Source of the DNA: Cladosporium halotolerans
Lineage: Eukaryota
DNA length: 24,552 nt
Assembly: GCF_011745625.1 (NCBI RefSeq)
Contig: NW_027191496.1
Span: 124,001 to 148,552 of the forward strand
Direction: 5' to 3'
The notes under the pieces: model-generated
Database searches by the model: none
Seen by the model: only the letters and a program-made list of their open reading frames with translations
Told to the model about the DNA's origin: nothing
Program-made: the position numbers and the translations under genes
Part shown: piece after piece, positions 21,193-24,552 of the stretch
How positions within the stretch are numbered: the first letter of the stretch is position 1
Layout of the letters: each line of letters opens with the position of its first letter

Positions 21193-21924
21193 GTCGGGAA
21201 ATCTATGCTAACTTCCGCAGATCTTTGTTCATCTCTTCGAACGACAATGGTCATTGACATCTTATGATAGTATATTGCAGCTCAGATGCAAAGATACGCG
21301 GGGGAGACAGTACAAATCGCACTAGGGGCATATTATACGCAAATCTATTTGTCTTCCCATGTGTTGTTGGTTTCGAGGATAGTTGGAGATTGGCAATCGA
21401 TTCTACAACGGTATGCTGTATTCCGGTAGCGAGGAAGATCACGCTAAGGTTTGCGCGACACACACACAATACAGACAATGAACGCCAATGCGAATCTCCG
21501 AGTTAGGGCTCCATCAAAGAATATCACGAAGGCCAACAAAGCGTATTCGCCTGCGACTTGGCCCGTCAACCAACGCTGCATTGTTTTTGCTGCCTATACT
21601 TGAATTTAGCAGTCGATCTTGCAATGCATTGAAGTCAACGCACAATCCCTTTTACGGCGAGAGTGACGTTCGCGAGAGCGCAGGAGCGAGGCAGGCGCTT
21701 TCAAGCCACGAGCCTTCCTCGACTTCACACAACGCCTTTCATCAAGCGGCGACTTCACCGTCGCGTCGGACGAAAAACACACAAAAAGGCACCACATCTC
21801 GCCCTCCCCCTGATGCCATCCCCGAACAACTTCGACTTGACTAGCATCTTGGCTATCCGTTACTCAACACTAGCCTCCACTGCTTACAACGAGATCAGTT
21901 CAACCCAACTCACCTTTCGCCATC

Positions 21925-23379
21925 ATGGCATCCGACAAGCCAGGGAGCCCGCCAGGGAGCAACGAGTTATTCTCAACGGATGTGCCGGACCCCGATTTGC
22001 CAATTTCTGACACTATGGCTGAGCTTGTCGCTTACCTTGCGAGCAACTCCGCCGATGCTTCTGGTACTGCGTCATTGGATCTCCGGAAGCTCAAGTATCT
22101 GGAAACCAAATTGGGTGTTGAAGCCTATCTTTCGCAGGCTTTTCGGAGGCAGGACTATGGGCAGCAGCCGCCTCAGCTTATGGAGGCGGAGCAGGGCGAG
22201 GGAATGGAGCTCGACGAGGATGAGTATGAGGAGTCTGAGTTTGAGGAGGATGAGTATGAGGAGTCCGAGGAGGTCCTTGACGAATCTCCCGCTCCTATCA
22301 ACGACCCGGAAGGGAATCTTGCTTTTGCCAGCGCAGTCATCAAGGCGCTGAGGTCTAGGATTAAGTCGCGCGGTACGAAGTTCGGCGATCGCCAGAACGA
22401 GCGCATCCTTGAACTTTTGGAGGAGGCTAGCCCCGCGGAAGACGACGAGGCCCTTTTCCTCTCCGGCCTGGAGGCCTCTGACATGCTGTCAACTGGTTCA
22501 TTTCACAAGTCTCCGATCTTCACGGAGGGCCAGCAACCCTTGTCACTTCAGAGCATTGAGCAGTTCCTGGGCGAGTGTTACGACGACGAGACCAAGGTCT
22601 TCATACAGGATCCGAGCGTCAAGCTTTCCGAAGCTGATCACTTGACGAGGGAGGTGGCAATCGGCCAGGTCAAGAAGCGTCTGCTCGAGGGCAAGTCTAA
22701 GGGGAGGCCCTGGAACTGCCTTGAGCTGGCCACGCATGTTGAGGATGGGCTTCGCCCCAAGTTTCTTTCTGGCGAGGATTCCAGGCTCTTGACGAAGCTC
22801 AAGCATGAGCAGGCTGGCGACTATGCCGGGCGTCGCAGCTACCCCCCGGGATACAAGGAGGTTGAGAAGTGGGCTTTACTGGCGGAGGCCGGAGCGCTCA
22901 CTGAGCCGCGTCAAGACAGCCATGGTTTCAGCACTTACATTACTGTCAACGAGGGCTATGTCGGTTTCGGGTGGCTTTGCATGCCATCCGACGAAGAGCG
23001 TAATGCTTGGGTTAAGGAGCCTTCCGACATCCCCAGCCATCGCTACCGCTATGTCGTGTTGAGGCCAGGGCAGACCGTCTACACTCCCGCTGGCTTAGTT
23101 CATTTCGTTTTCCGTCTGCCTGATGGAGGTCACACTCTCGCTTTCGGAGGCCACGTTTTGCGCTGCTCGACTATCGTGCAATGGGTGAAGGCGATGCTCG
23201 AGGAGAAGGCGAACCCGAGCATCACGAACGAGGACCTCACTTCTGCGGCCCCTGGCTATCTCGATCGCGTCGAGGTCTTCGTTAAGCAGGCCCAGAAGAA
23301 TGGCATGGAGGAGAAGTGGGGTGGCGCAGAGGCCATCAAGGAGTTCCTTCGCCTGAAGGCAGAGTTCTTGGCTGGTTGA
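21925..23379 (+). CDS. JmjC-like cupin protein (484 aa) with the first Fe ligand substituted (R-x-D...H)
   Basis: WALLAEAGALTEP[R]QDSHGFSTYITV.EG...W, then VVLRPGQTVYTPAGLVHFV and TLAFGGHVL, a typical JmjC strand pattern. Acidic N-terminal region. Confidence 0.8.
   Translation: MASDKPGSPPGSNELFSTDVPDPDLPISDTMAELVAYLASNSADASGTASLDLRKLKYLETKLGVEAYLSQAFRRQDYGQQPPQLMEAEQGEGMELDEDEYEESEFEEDEYEESEEVLDESPAPINDPEGNLAFASAVIKALRSRIKSRGTKFGDRQNERILELLEEASPAEDDEALFLSGLEASDMLSTGSFHKSPIFTEGQQPLSLQSIEQFLGECYDDETKVFIQDPSVKLSEADHLTREVAIGQVKKRLLEGKSKGRPWNCLELATHVEDGLRPKFLSGEDSRLLTKLKHEQAGDYAGRRSYPPGYKEVEKWALLAEAGALTEPRQDSHGFSTYITVNEGYVGFGWLCMPSDEERNAWVKEPSDIPSHRYRYVVLRPGQTVYTPAGLVHFVFRLPDGGHTLAFGGHVLRCSTIVQWVKAMLEEKANPSITNEDLTSAAPGYLDRVEVFVKQAQKNGMEEKWGGAEAIKEFLRLKAEFLAG
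22216..22269 (+). repeat. In-frame 30-bp tandem duplication encoding EDEYEESE twice
   Basis: gaggatgagtatgaggagtc(t/c)gag at 22216 and 22246. Confidence 0.85.
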
Positions 23380-23436
23380 GGGTCCTCCGAATTCCTTGGG
23401 AGCCCAGCCCCGACGGCGTCTTTGGATCAGAGTTGA

Positions 23437-23489
23437 TCCGAGTTTCCTTTGTTCTTTGAATGGGGTGGTCCGAGTTTCCTTTGTTCTTT
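23437..23489 (+). repeat. 21-bp direct repeat (period 32 bp) downstream of the JmjC-like gene
   Basis: tccgagtttcctttgttcttt at 23437 and 23469, each followed shortly by gaatgg. Confidence 0.85.
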
Positions 23490-24102
23490 TTCGAATGGTG
23501 TGAGAAAGGCCGGAGTCACAAAGGGAGCCACGTCCGCATTGTTGCTTGGCGTTGGCGGAAGCGGAACGTGGGATCACTCCAACTGAAACGGGACCGGCCA
23601 ACGAACGATCGATCTTGAGAGTTTGGCGTTCAACCGGCTCGTGATCGGTCTGCATGTAAAACAGCTATTTGTCTTTTCAATTGCATTGCTTTAAACCAAG
23701 TAAGTGTCTCTTTAGTTGCCTTAGCTTCCCAAACCCCAGTGACTCTCCCTTGTTCAATGCGGCCGCATTCTCTGCTTCCTGCAGGGTTACCGTACATCCG
23801 TGCTTAGTTCCGATTACCTTAGAGCAAAGGCAATGGCCACTCACACAACATATTGCACGTAAAGGCTGTCGCCTATCTGCAGCCGTCAGAGTTAGGTTTG
23901 GAGATCGATTGAATTGCATACCTCGTCAGATCGCATTGTTCCAAGGGAAACATAGATCAACTGTTCTGCCACAACCATGACCTTTACTTCCACTCACAAG
24001 CTTATGAGTCACCCATTAAAGCACTTCATCAATTACCTTCCCCCCAAATCAAAATCGTCGACCACCCTCCTCCGAGTTTCAACGATCAACAGAATCGCAG
24101 CA

Positions 24103-24552
24103 ATGTCTCGCTACGCTGATGTACATGTCTCGACCAATGGCCCCGGCGACGCCAGGCCTACGGCGCTGCAGATCATCGAAGACGAAGGCTCGACCGGCAG
24201 ACTGACCGACAAGATATTCCTGATCACCGGTGTTTCATCCGGAATCGGCATCGAGACCCTTCGAGCCTTCTACGCGAATGGCGCGTATGTGATCGGAACC
24301 GTCCGCGACATGGAGAAAGGCCGCAGAGTCATCGAGGAGATCGAGCGTAGCAACCCCTCTCAAGGCAAAATCGACCTGGTCCTTATGGATCAGACCTCGC
24401 TGGAGAGCGTGAGGGCCGGCGCCACTAATGTCAAGAAATTAACAAACTGAACGTCGCCGTCTTCAGGGCTGGGTATGCACTTTTCTCCCTTCGCTTGCCA
24501 CACCTTACTACCCTTGGTTCCCACAGCGTGATGGCCACAGCGTGATGGCCAT
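24103..24552 (+). pseudogene. Short-chain dehydrogenase/reductase (retinol-DH/WWOX-like), frameshifted; continues beyond the window
   Basis: MSRYADVH...GPGDARPTALQII.DEG, TGVSSGIG (TGxxxGxG), MDQTSLESVR. TGA at 24448-24450, while the expected LNV...AG continues in the -1 frame, followed by a GTATGC intron (24473-24526) and GVMA. Confidence 0.7.
24521..24552 (+). repeat. 14-bp tandem duplication over the SDR splice acceptor
   Basis: ccacagcgtgatgg at 24521-24534 and 24535-24548. Confidence 0.9.

Noticed and set aside
23437..23489. Direct repeats as a CRISPR-like array
   Set aside because: Only two copies with an 11-bp gap in a eukaryotic 3' region; a simple tandem duplication.

Overview
Fungal nuclear DNA from a filamentous ascomycete (Pezizomycotina; short GT-AG introns with CTRAC-type branch points, TATA boxes). 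About 12 genes in order: an intronless dimethylglycine oxidase on the minus strand (missed by the ORF track because it runs off the left edge), a possible HIG1-like membrane microprotein, a secreted GH62 arabinofuranosidase with XlnR/AraR/CreA-type promoter motifs, a Q/P-rich protein with two 81-aa repeats, the PAK kinase Cla4 (3 exons), an O6-alkylguanine alkyltransferase (MGMT) fused to an uncharacterised N-terminal 'WPxxxDHCF' domain, a PhyH-family dioxygenase, a small secreted 8-Cys protein with an internal Kex2-flanked acidic insert, a HeLo-like N-terminal-domain protein, a caspase-fold protein with degenerate catalytic motifs, a JmjC-like protein with His->Arg at a metal ligand, and a frameshifted SDR. 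The most interesting candidates are the MGMT fusion, the split Cys-rich secreted protein, and the adjacent HeLo-like and caspase-like genes. No rRNA, tRNA, CRISPR or recognisable transposon was seen. Family calls rest on motif recognition only; no searches were run.
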